From positions 810,001 to 842,000 of the forward strand of contig OY969902.1 in the NCBI GenBank assembly GCA_963704435.1: a DNA stretch of 32,000 nt. The letters run 5' to 3'. Shown here piece by piece: positions 1-8,011 of this stretch. The stretch is from an uncultured archaeon. Lineage in GTDB: Archaea > Micrarchaeota > Micrarchaeia > Micrarchaeales > CABMGC01. A program made the translations under genes and the position numbers. The notes under the pieces were generated by a model. It did not search any database. It saw nothing but the letters and a program-made list of their open reading frames with translations, and was not told where the DNA came from. The stretch's first letter is position 1. Each line of letters opens with the position of its first letter.

Positions 1-138
1 CGCATATATCTTTCCCATTGGCGCGGCATCCTGTCGCGTGTTGCGCATAAATTTTTCCATGCCCGCCCTTTCCTCAAAGCATCCGTTTAAATCTGCCTGC
101 AGCATAATGTAATAGCGTCTGCGCCATGGGTGCGTTTA

Positions 139-831
139 ATGAAGGTAAAAGTGATAACGGTAGAGCCGAAGTACCAGGTCAACCTCGGCTACATCGCCAG
201 GACCGCGGCCAACTTCGGCGTGGACCGGCTCTACTTCGTGAGCCCGAGGGCCAGGCTCGACGGCAAGACCGCGCTCATGTACGCGAAGCATGCCCGGCCC
301 CTGCTCGAGAAGGCAACTGTCTACAGGAGCTTCGGGGACGCGGTGCGCGACTGCGACTTCGTCGTCGCGACCAGCGGCATATGGAGGAAGGGCAGGTCCG
401 GCTCCGGAAAGGTCTGCCTCGCGGAGGACGCGATCGACCGGGTCTCCGCGCTCGGCAAGAAGAGCGTGGTGGGCATGGTCATCGGCAGGGACGACATAGG
501 CCTGAAGAGGGAGGAGATAGAGAAGTGCGACCTCCTCGCCTACATCGCCACCGATCCTGAGTACCCTGTGCTCAACATATCCCACGCCTTGGCCGTGATG
601 CTCTACCTCCTGAAAAGGAAGGGCTTGAGCGTCCGCTACAGGGGGATTTCTGCTGAAGAAGGGGTCCTTGACAAGCGGGAGCTGGCGATGCTTTTCAAGG
701 TGTTCGACGGCCTGGTGGCCGGGAAGAGGATAAGGGACAGGAGTTCAGTGTCCAACGCGTTCAGGAGGATGGTGCGCGCAGCGCAGCCCACAAAGAGCGA
801 GCTGCACTCGCTGATAACGGCGCTTAAGTAG
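139..831 (+). CDS. trmJ: SPOUT-family RNA 2'-O-methyltransferase, TrmJ/SpoU-like
   Basis: Protein KVKVITVEPKYQVNLGYIARTAANFGVDRLYFVSP resembles the N-terminal SPOUT motif of TrmJ-type enzymes. C-terminal NISHALAVMLYLL matches the conserved knot region. The track start at 130 is an in-frame GTG; ATG at 139 is preferred. Confidence 0.85.
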   Translation: MKVKVITVEPKYQVNLGYIARTAANFGVDRLYFVSPRARLDGKTALMYAKHARPLLEKATVYRSFGDAVRDCDFVVATSGIWRKGRSGSGKVCLAEDAIDRVSALGKKSVVGMVIGRDDIGLKREEIEKCDLLAYIATDPEYPVLNISHALAVMLYLLKRKGLSVRYRGISAEEGVLDKRELAMLFKVFDGLVAGKRIRDRSSVSNAFRRMVRAAQPTKSELHSLITALK

Positions 832-839
832 AGCGGCCT

Positions 840-1220
840 TTACCTTGTTGCTGCCTTCTTCCTCTTTATTATCTTGACCTTCGCGGGAGTAATGAGCACT
901 CTCGTGTCGTCAATCTGCGCTATGTCGCCGTTTATCTTGGAGGCGTAGGTCTTCAGCCTGGCTATGACGTTGTTCCTCGTCGTAGGCCTCTTGGCCAGCT
1001 CCTCTATGCTGAGCAGGATTATGTTCTTCTTGGAGAGCTCCTCCTCGATCAGCTTGACGTCGTCCTCGCTCGATATCGAAACGGGCTTGACGTACATGTC
1101 CGCGGGCTCGTGCATAATGTCGACGTCCGCCATCTCCGCCGAATTCATGTATTCCTCGATGCTCATCTCCTTAGCAGAGGAAACCCCAAACGCATGACCT
1201 AGTCTATCAAAAACTCCCAT
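840..1220 (-). CDS. sepF: SepF-like cell division protein (archaeal SepF/DUF552 type)
   Basis: 126 aa: disordered N-terminus, then YVKPVSISSEDDVKLIEEELSKKNIILLSIEELAKRP...LKTYASKINGDIAQIDDTRVLITPAKVKI, typical of the SepF core. GGTGA precedes the ATG. Confidence 0.8.
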   Translation of the reverse strand: MGVFDRLGHAFGVSSAKEMSIEEYMNSAEMADVDIMHEPADMYVKPVSISSEDDVKLIEEELSKKNIILLSIEELAKRPTTRNNVIARLKTYASKINGDIAQIDDTRVLITPAKVKIIKRKKAATR

Positions 1221-1357
1221 TTTTTCACCGTCGTTACCGTGAATATCCTTTCAATAAACATCTTTTTAATACTTTCTTCTTACGTCAGCAACCGGAAGTA
1301 CTATCCTCTCCACAAAAGTGCGGCGCGGAATCGGCCCGCGCCGCGCCCGGAAACCAT

Positions 1358-3493
1358 TCACGCGGTCCCGGGAGGCACCTGGGACAGTATCCTCCCGGCG
1401 ATCTCCTTGCCGAACATCGAGACGACCTTCGCCCTCGCCTCCTCCGACCTCAGGTCCGATACGCGCCTTATCCCGTTGTCGTACATGAGCCTCGCCCTGA
1501 CCCTTCCCACCTGCTCCAGCCTGACGAGGTCTAGCAGCTCCCTCCTTATGCCGTACTTCGCCCTCATCCTTATCTCAAGCAGCCTCATGACGTTCATCCT
1601 GAGCAGCTTCGCCAGCTCCGTGCTCGCGTACAGCAGCCAGTCCGAGTTGTTCAGCTTGGCGAAGAGCGAGCCGGGCGTGGTGTTGTATCTCTTGACCACG
1701 TCGCGCTCCCCTATCTCGCCTATCCAGTCCCGGAGCATGAGCGCCGTGCTCAGCGGCTTGACCGGGTCGTAGTATGAGAAACTGCCGGATTCGGGGTTCG
1801 CGCCGGTGCCCTCGGTCAGGCGGGCGTAGGAGGTCAGAAACAGGTCGTTGGCCTCGTCCGTGGCCTTCACGAACGGCTTCATCTCCTGCGTGTTGCATAT
1901 CATGAAAAGGTAGGAGACGTCGTCCGTCACCTTAGGCAGGGTGTCGACTATCCACTTCGCGGAGAGCGGATCTATGTAGAGCTCGCTGACGCGTGCGCCC
2001 AGCCGCGTAGGCTCGTAGAAGCTGCCCCTCCTCTCGACGAACTTCCAGGACTCCAGCTCCGCCAGCACGTCGCCCACCAGCATCGCCATCTCGCGCGTGT
2101 CCGCGAACTGCTGGCCGTACAGCGTCCCGTTCATGAAGTCGAGTATGCTCTCCCTGCTCCTGAGCATCCTCGTCGCGACGAACGCGAGTATGTGCGTCCT
2201 GAGGATGGGGAGCACGCCGAGCTTCGACGATATGGGATCCAGCTCGCCCGCGATGTACCGTGCGTAGAGGTCCATTATCTCGCTCTTCGTCTTGGCGATC
2301 AGCAGCGCCCTTCCCTCGGTATCGTACTTCGGCCGTCCGGCCCTGCCGAACAGCTGCGTCACCTCGTTCACGCTGAGCTTCTCTGAGCCGCGGGAGTCGC
2401 TGTACCTGCTGGTGTCGCGCACCAGGACCGTGTGCGCGGGGGTGTTCACGCCCAATCCAAGCGTCGTGGTGGCGCAGATTACCTTCAGCGTTCCTTCCCT
2501 GAACGCGCGCTCTACCAGGTGCCTCTGCTCGTTCACGAGCCCGCTGTGGTGGAACGCGGCGCCCTTCTCGATGACCCTGGCGAGCCGCTCGCACTGCAGG
2601 GTGGGCTTTCCGAGCGCGTGCAGCGCCTCGTAGCTGAGTTTGGCCAGCTTCTCCTTCTCCTCCTTTGTGAGCAGGTCGTTGACCGCCTGGCCTATGCGCT
2701 CAGAGCTCGCCTCGGCGTTCTTCTTGGTGCTCAGGAACACCAGCGCCTGCTTCTTCCTGTGCAGGGTGTCCTGGATGACCCTCACCTCCGGGACGGTGCT
2801 GCTCCCTGCGAGCTCCTCATCGGCCCCCTGGTAGTACGCGGTGCCATTGAGCACGACCCCCCTCTCCAGCCGCACCGGCCTGTAGTCGCTCTCCACGAGC
2901 TCCGCGCCGAGCCACTCGGCTATGTCTCCCGCGTTACCGATTGTCGCGCTGAGCGCCACTATCTGCGCGCGGCTGCAGATCCTCCGCAGCTTGGTTATCA
3001 GCACCTCGAGCGTAGGGCCCCTCCCGGCGTCGTCGAGCATGTGTATCTCGTCGAACACGATGCAGCCTATCTCGTCCAGCCATGATAGGCCGTGCCTTAT
3101 GAGGCTGTCGAGCTTCTCAGTAGAGGCGAACACTATGTCGTAGTCGGACAGCCAGCGGTCGAGCGCGTCGAGGTCGCCTATCGACATTGCGACCTTCAGG
3201 AAGGGATAAGCGGACTTGAATTCCTCGTACTTCTCGCTAACAAGCGCGCGCATTGGCGCGACGTATATCGCCTTCTTCCTGGAGTGCGAGACGCATTTTA
3301 TGACCGCCATCTCGGCTATGAAGGTCTTGCCGCTGGCTGTGGGAGACGCGATTACCATGTTGGACCCGTCGAGCAGGCCCTTGCGCACGGCCGACTCCTG
3401 CGGTGGGGTTAGGCTCTTGACTCCGCGGGATGCGGCCGACTCCAGCACCTCCTTTGGGAGCTTAAATCCTATCTCTGAAAGAAGCATCGCCAT
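1358..3493 (-). CDS. hel308: Hel308/Ski2-type superfamily 2 DNA helicase
   Basis: Q-motif region TPPQESAVRKG, Walker A SPTASGKTFIAEM, DEIH box (VFDEIHML), SAT motif (ALSATIGN), and QLFGRAGRPKYDTEGRA motif VI. About 711 aa. Confidence 0.88.
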   Translation of the reverse strand: MAMLLSEIGFKLPKEVLESAASRGVKSLTPPQESAVRKGLLDGSNMVIASPTASGKTFIAEMAVIKCVSHSRKKAIYVAPMRALVSEKYEEFKSAYPFLKVAMSIGDLDALDRWLSDYDIVFASTEKLDSLIRHGLSWLDEIGCIVFDEIHMLDDAGRGPTLEVLITKLRRICSRAQIVALSATIGNAGDIAEWLGAELVESDYRPVRLERGVVLNGTAYYQGADEELAGSSTVPEVRVIQDTLHRKKQALVFLSTKKNAEASSERIGQAVNDLLTKEEKEKLAKLSYEALHALGKPTLQCERLARVIEKGAAFHHSGLVNEQRHLVERAFREGTLKVICATTTLGLGVNTPAHTVLVRDTSRYSDSRGSEKLSVNEVTQLFGRAGRPKYDTEGRALLIAKTKSEIMDLYARYIAGELDPISSKLGVLPILRTHILAFVATRMLRSRESILDFMNGTLYGQQFADTREMAMLVGDVLAELESWKFVERRGSFYEPTRLGARVSELYIDPLSAKWIVDTLPKVTDDVSYLFMICNTQEMKPFVKATDEANDLFLTSYARLTEGTGANPESGSFSYYDPVKPLSTALMLRDWIGEIGERDVVKRYNTTPGSLFAKLNNSDWLLYASTELAKLLRMNVMRLLEIRMRAKYGIRRELLDLVRLEQVGRVRARLMYDNGIRRVSDLRSEEARAKVVSMFGKEIAGRILSQVPPGTA

Positions 3494-3514
3494 ATGCGGT
3501 AATTGGCGAAGAAA

Positions 3515-3523
3515 TCTTATATA
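3515..3523 (-). promoter_or_regulatory. TATA-like box for the helicase gene
   Basis: Minus strand CTATATAAG, centred about 26 nt upstream of the ATG at 3493. Confidence 0.5.
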
Positions 3524-3560
3524 GCCGAGGCCGCCGCGCTTCGGATACTCCCGAAAACCC

Positions 3561-5294
3561 TCATTTCTTGAATAGCGACTCCAGGTCAGTCGCCCGGGTC
3601 ACCTTGTTCTTGAACGCCTCCAGGTCGTCGTCGGTCAGTTTTTGGTACAGCAGGGAAGGCTTTCCTATGGTGTGGATCTTCTCCTCCATCAGGTCAGCCG
3701 CGCAGTCCCAGCTGCCCGGCGCGTCAGCGGAGCCCGGAAGGTTCAGCTGCTTCCACGTCCTTGCCGCAGATTTCGGGAGGAAGGGCGAGGATATCGTCGC
3801 AAGCCCCTTGCAGAATGAGACGCAAACGAACAGGACGTTCCTGGTCCTTTCCACATCCTCCTTCACCAGGACCCACGGCTTGCTCTCGTCGAAGTACCGG
3901 TTCCCGTCGCTGGACAGGAGAAGGAACTCGTTGAACGCCCCTCGGATCTCGGCCGCCTCTATGAGTTTTCCGATCCTTTCTCCCCTTTCCTTCAGGCTCA
4001 GCATAAGCTTTTTGTCGAGATCCGATAGCTTCTTCGGCTTCGAAACGGTCTTGTCGAGCTTGTTGTATACGAAAGTTACGGTCCTGTTGATGAGGTTTCC
4101 GAAATTGCCCAGCAGGTCCGAGTTGATGGTCTGCTGGAACGCGCCCCACTTGAACTCGGTATCCCCGACTTCGGGGATCAGGCTGATCAGCGCGCCGCGG
4201 ATCGTATCGGAGTCGATTCCAGCCTCAGGCAGGTTCTGGCAGAAGACGCCCCAGTTCTTGCTTTTCGAGAACTTCCGCCCTTCGTAATTGAGATACTGAA
4301 GCCCAACGACGTTGCTCGGCAGGTTGTAATCGCCTTTCGCAATCAGCATGCCGGGCCAGAAGATGGTGTGGAAGGGTATGTTGTCCTTGCCTAGGAAGTT
4401 GAATATCCTGCCCCTGTCCGACTGCCAGAAATCCTTCCAGTCATCTGGGCGCGCTTCCCTGGTGAACGAGACGTAGCCTATTGGGGCGTCGAACCAGACG
4501 TAGAATACCTTGTTCTCGAAACCTGGAAGCGGCACCTTTATCCCGTTCTCTATGTCCCGCGTGATGCACCGCTCCCTGATGCCTTCGTTCATCCATCCCA
4601 TAGCGAGCTTCGAGACCTGCTCCCTCCACTGGGTCTGGCCCTCTATCCAGCTTCTTATCTCGGGGGCCAGCTCGTCCGCCTTGAAGAAGAGGTTAAGGGA
4701 GTCCCTGACTTCGAGTGCGGATCCGGTTATGGCCGATTTCGGGTCTATCAGTTCCGTGGCCTCGAACAGGGATGCGCACCTCTCGCACTGGTCGCCGCTC
4801 GCTTCCGTGTATCCGCATTTTGGGCACGTGCCCACCACATACCTGTCCGGCAGGAACATCTTCTCTTTCGGGGAGTAGAGCACCTTGATCGTCTTTTCGG
4901 ATATGAATCCCTTCGCATTCAGGTCCTTAAAGAATTCCTTTGTCGTTTTGGTGTGGATCGGGTTTGTCGTCCTTGAGAAGTTATCGTACGATATGTCGAG
5001 CCAGGCATACATCCGCTTGTGCTGGTCGTGCAGTACCGAGCAGAACCTGTCCAGCGGTATGTTTAGCTTCGCCGCGGCTATCTCGCTCGCGGATCCGTGC
5101 TCGTCCGTCCCGCCCACGAACAGCGTCTCGTATCCCTTCGTCCTGCAGTATCTCGCGAATACGTCCGCAGGCAGGTGGGATCCTACGATGTGGCCGAGAT
5201 GCGGTACGCTATTCACATAAGGCAGGGCAGATGTCACTAGCACCTTGCTATCCGGCGGAATGGCATGTTCTTTGACCCTATCTTTTACAGTCAT
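3561..5294 (-). CDS. metG: Methionyl-tRNA synthetase (class I)
   Basis: LVTSALPYVNSVPHLGHIVGSHLPADVFARY, Zn-knuckle CPKCGYTEASGDQCERC, FVGGTDEHG, and KFSKSKNWG (KMSKS-like). 577 aa with no extended C-terminal dimerisation domain. Confidence 0.95.
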   Translation of the reverse strand: MTVKDRVKEHAIPPDSKVLVTSALPYVNSVPHLGHIVGSHLPADVFARYCRTKGYETLFVGGTDEHGSASEIAAAKLNIPLDRFCSVLHDQHKRMYAWLDISYDNFSRTTNPIHTKTTKEFFKDLNAKGFISEKTIKVLYSPKEKMFLPDRYVVGTCPKCGYTEASGDQCERCASLFEATELIDPKSAITGSALEVRDSLNLFFKADELAPEIRSWIEGQTQWREQVSKLAMGWMNEGIRERCITRDIENGIKVPLPGFENKVFYVWFDAPIGYVSFTREARPDDWKDFWQSDRGRIFNFLGKDNIPFHTIFWPGMLIAKGDYNLPSNVVGLQYLNYEGRKFSKSKNWGVFCQNLPEAGIDSDTIRGALISLIPEVGDTEFKWGAFQQTINSDLLGNFGNLINRTVTFVYNKLDKTVSKPKKLSDLDKKLMLSLKERGERIGKLIEAAEIRGAFNEFLLLSSDGNRYFDESKPWVLVKEDVERTRNVLFVCVSFCKGLATISSPFLPKSAARTWKQLNLPGSADAPGSWDCAADLMEEKIHTIGKPSLLYQKLTDDDLEAFKNKVTRATDLESLFKK

Positions 5295-5323
5295 TCAATT
5301 CAATAGCTATCTTACAATCAGAG

Positions 5324-5334
5324 CTATAAATACG
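5324..5334 (-). promoter_or_regulatory. TATA-like box for metG
   Basis: Minus strand CGTATTTATAG about 33 nt upstream of the ATG at 5294. Confidence 0.5.
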
Positions 5335-5380
5335 TTGGAGAGGCGTCACCTCCGCATGGCGCCCTTGGCAATGGGCATCA

Positions 5381-6058
5381 TCACAAGGAGATTTTCCTCG
5401 TCTGCCCTGATACTTGCCTGGCCCATTTTCCAATTTCCACGATGTCCTTCTGGGCTATGCCGCATTTCTTAAGTTGACCTAAGCGCGACTCGCTGTCAGT
5501 GAAGCTTCTGAGCATTTCAGCTTCATCAGCGAGGCAGGGAATACCAGAAAGGTATTCGATGGCCCCTGCGGTCGTAGTCATATGTGTCGCACCCGCCGTC
5601 CTGCGCAGATCCTTGAGGCAGAGAGATTCGAGATATCCACCCATCCCAGTATCCCTGCTCTCGATCTGGATTGGGTCCATAATCCCACCCTTCGGATTGT
5701 AGTTGAGCGAATAAGCGATATTCTTTCCCTCTGCAGCAACGACCTTGAAGCTGATCATTCCAAGCCGAACTAGCGGTTTTGCACTGCCTTCCGAATGCGT
5801 ATAGGTGCAGCGCGCATACTCGCTGCGGAGTGCATCGCGCGCTTTTGGGAGGAATGTCCTTATAGATAGTGAGAAGGAAAGCCTTCCCTGGAGCGCCTTC
5901 AGGGCCTTGTGATTTCCTTCGCAGGATATGTAAAACTCATATTCGTACAGACCCTGCCTGTGGTTGTTGTAGATTCCATACACTCGCAAGTGCTCGTCCG
6001 TTCTTATTTCGGATGCGCTTCGTGTGCCGTCCGTACGCAGAGCAGTTTTTCCAGTCAC
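5381..6058 (-). CDS. Hypothetical protein, 225 aa
   Basis: Uninterrupted ORF with GTG start at 6058. TATA-like TACTTAAAAATAG lies about 26 nt upstream (6080-6092). No recognised domain. Confidence 0.6.
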   Translation of the reverse strand: MTGKTALRTDGTRSASEIRTDEHLRVYGIYNNHRQGLYEYEFYISCEGNHKALKALQGRLSFSLSIRTFLPKARDALRSEYARCTYTHSEGSAKPLVRLGMISFKVVAAEGKNIAYSLNYNPKGGIMDPIQIESRDTGMGGYLESLCLKDLRRTAGATHMTTTAGAIEYLSGIPCLADEAEMLRSFTDSESRLGQLKKCGIAQKDIVEIGKWARQVSGQTRKISL

Positions 6059-6130
6059 AAGTAGAATCCGTTCCCTCTATTTTTAAGTATTTGTCTGAAA
6101 TCGAGCTAAGGAGAAGCGAGGTTATTTCTA

Positions 6131-6202
6131 TGGACTTGACGGGATTCGAACCCGTAACCTCCTCGTTGCAAACGAGACGCGCTACCGTTGCGCTACAAGC
6201 CC
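6131..6202 (-). tRNA. tRNA-Ala(UGC)
   Basis: Minus strand GGGCTTG TA GCGC AACGGTA GCGC G TCTCG TTTGCAA CGAGG AGGTT ACGGG TTCGAAT CCCGT CAAGTCC A. Full cloverleaf, anticodon TGC, and the G3:U70 pair that identifies tRNA-Ala. CCA not encoded. Confidence 0.95.
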
Positions 6203-6225
6203 CTGGAGATAGTTTGTCGTAACGG

Positions 6226-6233
6226 TTTATAAC
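6226..6233 (-). promoter_or_regulatory. TATA-like box for tRNA-Ala
   Basis: Minus strand CGTTATAAACC region about 27 nt upstream of the tRNA 5' end. Confidence 0.45.
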
Positions 6234-6335
6234 GCTTTTTCCCGCATTCCGCTCCCGCATACTCTGACGATGCCATACCTTTAAATAGTTTTTCCATATA
6301 AGGTAAATGCGATTCGACAGCCAAGGTTGATTGCG

Positions 6336-6455
6336 ATGGCAAAGAAAGAAGAAGACGCGGACGACAACGAGGAAAACGACGACGAGGATACCGAAGGCTT
6401 CGACGACTTCGACGAGGAAGATGATGACGTCGAAGGCGACGATTCCGAGTTCTAA
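6336..6455 (+). CDS. Hypothetical highly acidic 39-aa microprotein
   Basis: ATG...TAA encodes MAKKEEDADDNEENDDEDTEGFDDFDEEDDDVEGDDSEF. Below the ORF-track size cutoff. AAGGT lies 5' of the ATG and CTTTAAATAG further upstream. Confidence 0.4.
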   Translation: MAKKEEDADDNEENDDEDTEGFDDFDEEDDDVEGDDSEF

Positions 6456-6483
6456 TTCTGTCCATATCCTACTGAGAAAGTGC

Positions 6484-6562
6484 GTAGCATCTGTCCGCTA
6501 ATTCTAAACAAGCAGTAGTCTGCCGAGTCGCGGCAAGGGTGCTTCTGCACCAGAGATGCTAC
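6484..6562 (+). other. Candidate structured element: 9-bp closing stem enclosing two hairpins
   Basis: GTAGCATCT (6484-6492) pairs with AGATGCTAC (6554-6562). Inside are GCCG-AGTCG-CGGC (6522-6534) and GGTGC-TTCT-GCACC (6538-6551). Confidence 0.35.
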
Positions 6563-7926
6563 ACTCCTTCTACATTGTTTGGTCTTGCGGTTTCTTCTTC
6601 AACAGTCTGGTTCGGCTTAGGCTCATCCATGGATTCAAGGTCCCTTCTTAATCTCCTGTACCTGTCCAGGTCTTCCATGTGCGCAATAATTATTTCGTAC
6701 AATTCGGCTTTGTTAAAGCCATAGTGCTCTGCAACTGCGGTTATCGCATCTGAAAACGCATTCCTTATTGGTTCTTCCGCATCTGATATGCGCCTGTTGA
6801 GATACTGGCGAACCACTTCCATGTGCTCTTCGCTTATGTCCTTCTGAATGACCCTCTTCCCAAGAAACTTGGCCCTCACGGCTATGGCTTCATTGATATC
6901 CTCCAGCTGTTTATTCATCTTTCTTGCATCTCCCAAGCTAATGCGAAATTCTTTCTTCAGCACTCGCGCGGCGCCGAAAACCATGAGCGTGGTTGCGTTT
7001 ACCTTTCTTATCTGCGCAGAGTCCTGCATATTATTGATATCGTTAATGAGCGCGTCGACCCGCAGTTTGAAGTGCTTTACGTATTCGCTAGTCTCCATTT
7101 CAGTGGCCAGACCCGCAGCTACCTTTTCCTCTACCGCTCCGGCCTTCTTTTCCTTGTCGGCATCCTTGACCAATTGTTCCTGCGCCGCATCCATGGCGTT
7201 CTTGATGCTCGCTCTTTCGTCCTCCGCCTGCTCCAGGTTCCGGTTTCTTAGGAAGGTTACCGCTTCACTCACAGATTTGGAATTCATTACCTTTCTCGCC
7301 TCTCCGTATGTTTCGGCCAATAAGGCGTGCTTTTCCCTTTCCTCAATTATCCCTAGCACGCCTCCTTTTTTCATCACCTTGTCCATTGCCTTGAATATAT
7401 TATTGAAAGCAGTGTCAAGGTTTATACCAAATGTCTCCTTGGCGCCCTCCACCGCTTGTCCTCCGCCGAGCTCCCCCGAAGTGTTGACTCGCCTTTCATT
7501 ATAGGTCTTTGCGGCATCCACGACGGCTTCCAGACCTTTCTGCAGCTTCTTTCCGCTAGCCTCCATGGCTTCGGTCTCCATCGTTTCTCCGCCGACTACC
7601 AATTTCTTGAAAGCCGTCTGATTCAATGTGCCTTCTTCGTAGCAGCTCTCAAGAGCGCTGTTCTTCTCGTCATTGGCATCCATATGCCCGCGGGATATGG
7701 TGCCTGGGCTTTCGGCAATTTCATCTAGATGATTAAGGAAGACTCTGGCGCTATCCTTCTGTGCCTGGTTCATCATTCCATGGTTGGAGCCTACGATTCC
7801 ATCGATGAGATTCCTTACACCCAAAACTTCTTTGAATATGGGCGTCAGCCTTTCAGCTTCTGCAGCAATCGCCTCCTTGCTTTCCCCTGCCCTGCCAGAC
7901 TCAAATAATTTACCTTTAAGCGTCAT
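6559..7926 (-). CDS. Hypothetical predominantly alpha-helical soluble protein, ~455 aa
   Basis: Long ORF. The track extends it to 8058, but the internal ATG at 7926 (MTLKGKLFESGRAG) sits about 37 nt downstream of CTTTATAAAAG (7958-7968), so that start is preferred. No recognised family. Confidence 0.75.
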   Translation of the reverse strand: MTLKGKLFESGRAGESKEAIAAEAERLTPIFKEVLGVRNLIDGIVGSNHGMMNQAQKDSARVFLNHLDEIAESPGTISRGHMDANDEKNSALESCYEEGTLNQTAFKKLVVGGETMETEAMEASGKKLQKGLEAVVDAAKTYNERRVNTSGELGGGQAVEGAKETFGINLDTAFNNIFKAMDKVMKKGGVLGIIEEREKHALLAETYGEARKVMNSKSVSEAVTFLRNRNLEQAEDERASIKNAMDAAQEQLVKDADKEKKAGAVEEKVAAGLATEMETSEYVKHFKLRVDALINDINNMQDSAQIRKVNATTLMVFGAARVLKKEFRISLGDARKMNKQLEDINEAIAVRAKFLGKRVIQKDISEEHMEVVRQYLNRRISDAEEPIRNAFSDAITAVAEHYGFNKAELYEIIIAHMEDLDRYRRLRRDLESMDEPKPNQTVEEETARPNNVEGV

Positions 7927-8011
7927 AGAACCCACTAAGTTAGCATATGCCCCTCGTCTTTTATAAAGATTCGTATGGAAGCTGACGAGAGTCCAGATGA
8001 GGATACTGCCA

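Noticed and set aside
6131-6202. Integration site of a mobile element at tRNA-Ala
   Set aside because: No integrase gene and no second copy of the tRNA 3' end was seen in the window.
6193-6465. 90-aa minus-strand ORF overlapping tRNA-Ala and the acidic micro-ORF
   Set aside because: Arg-rich frame overlapping a confident tRNA; not supported as coding.
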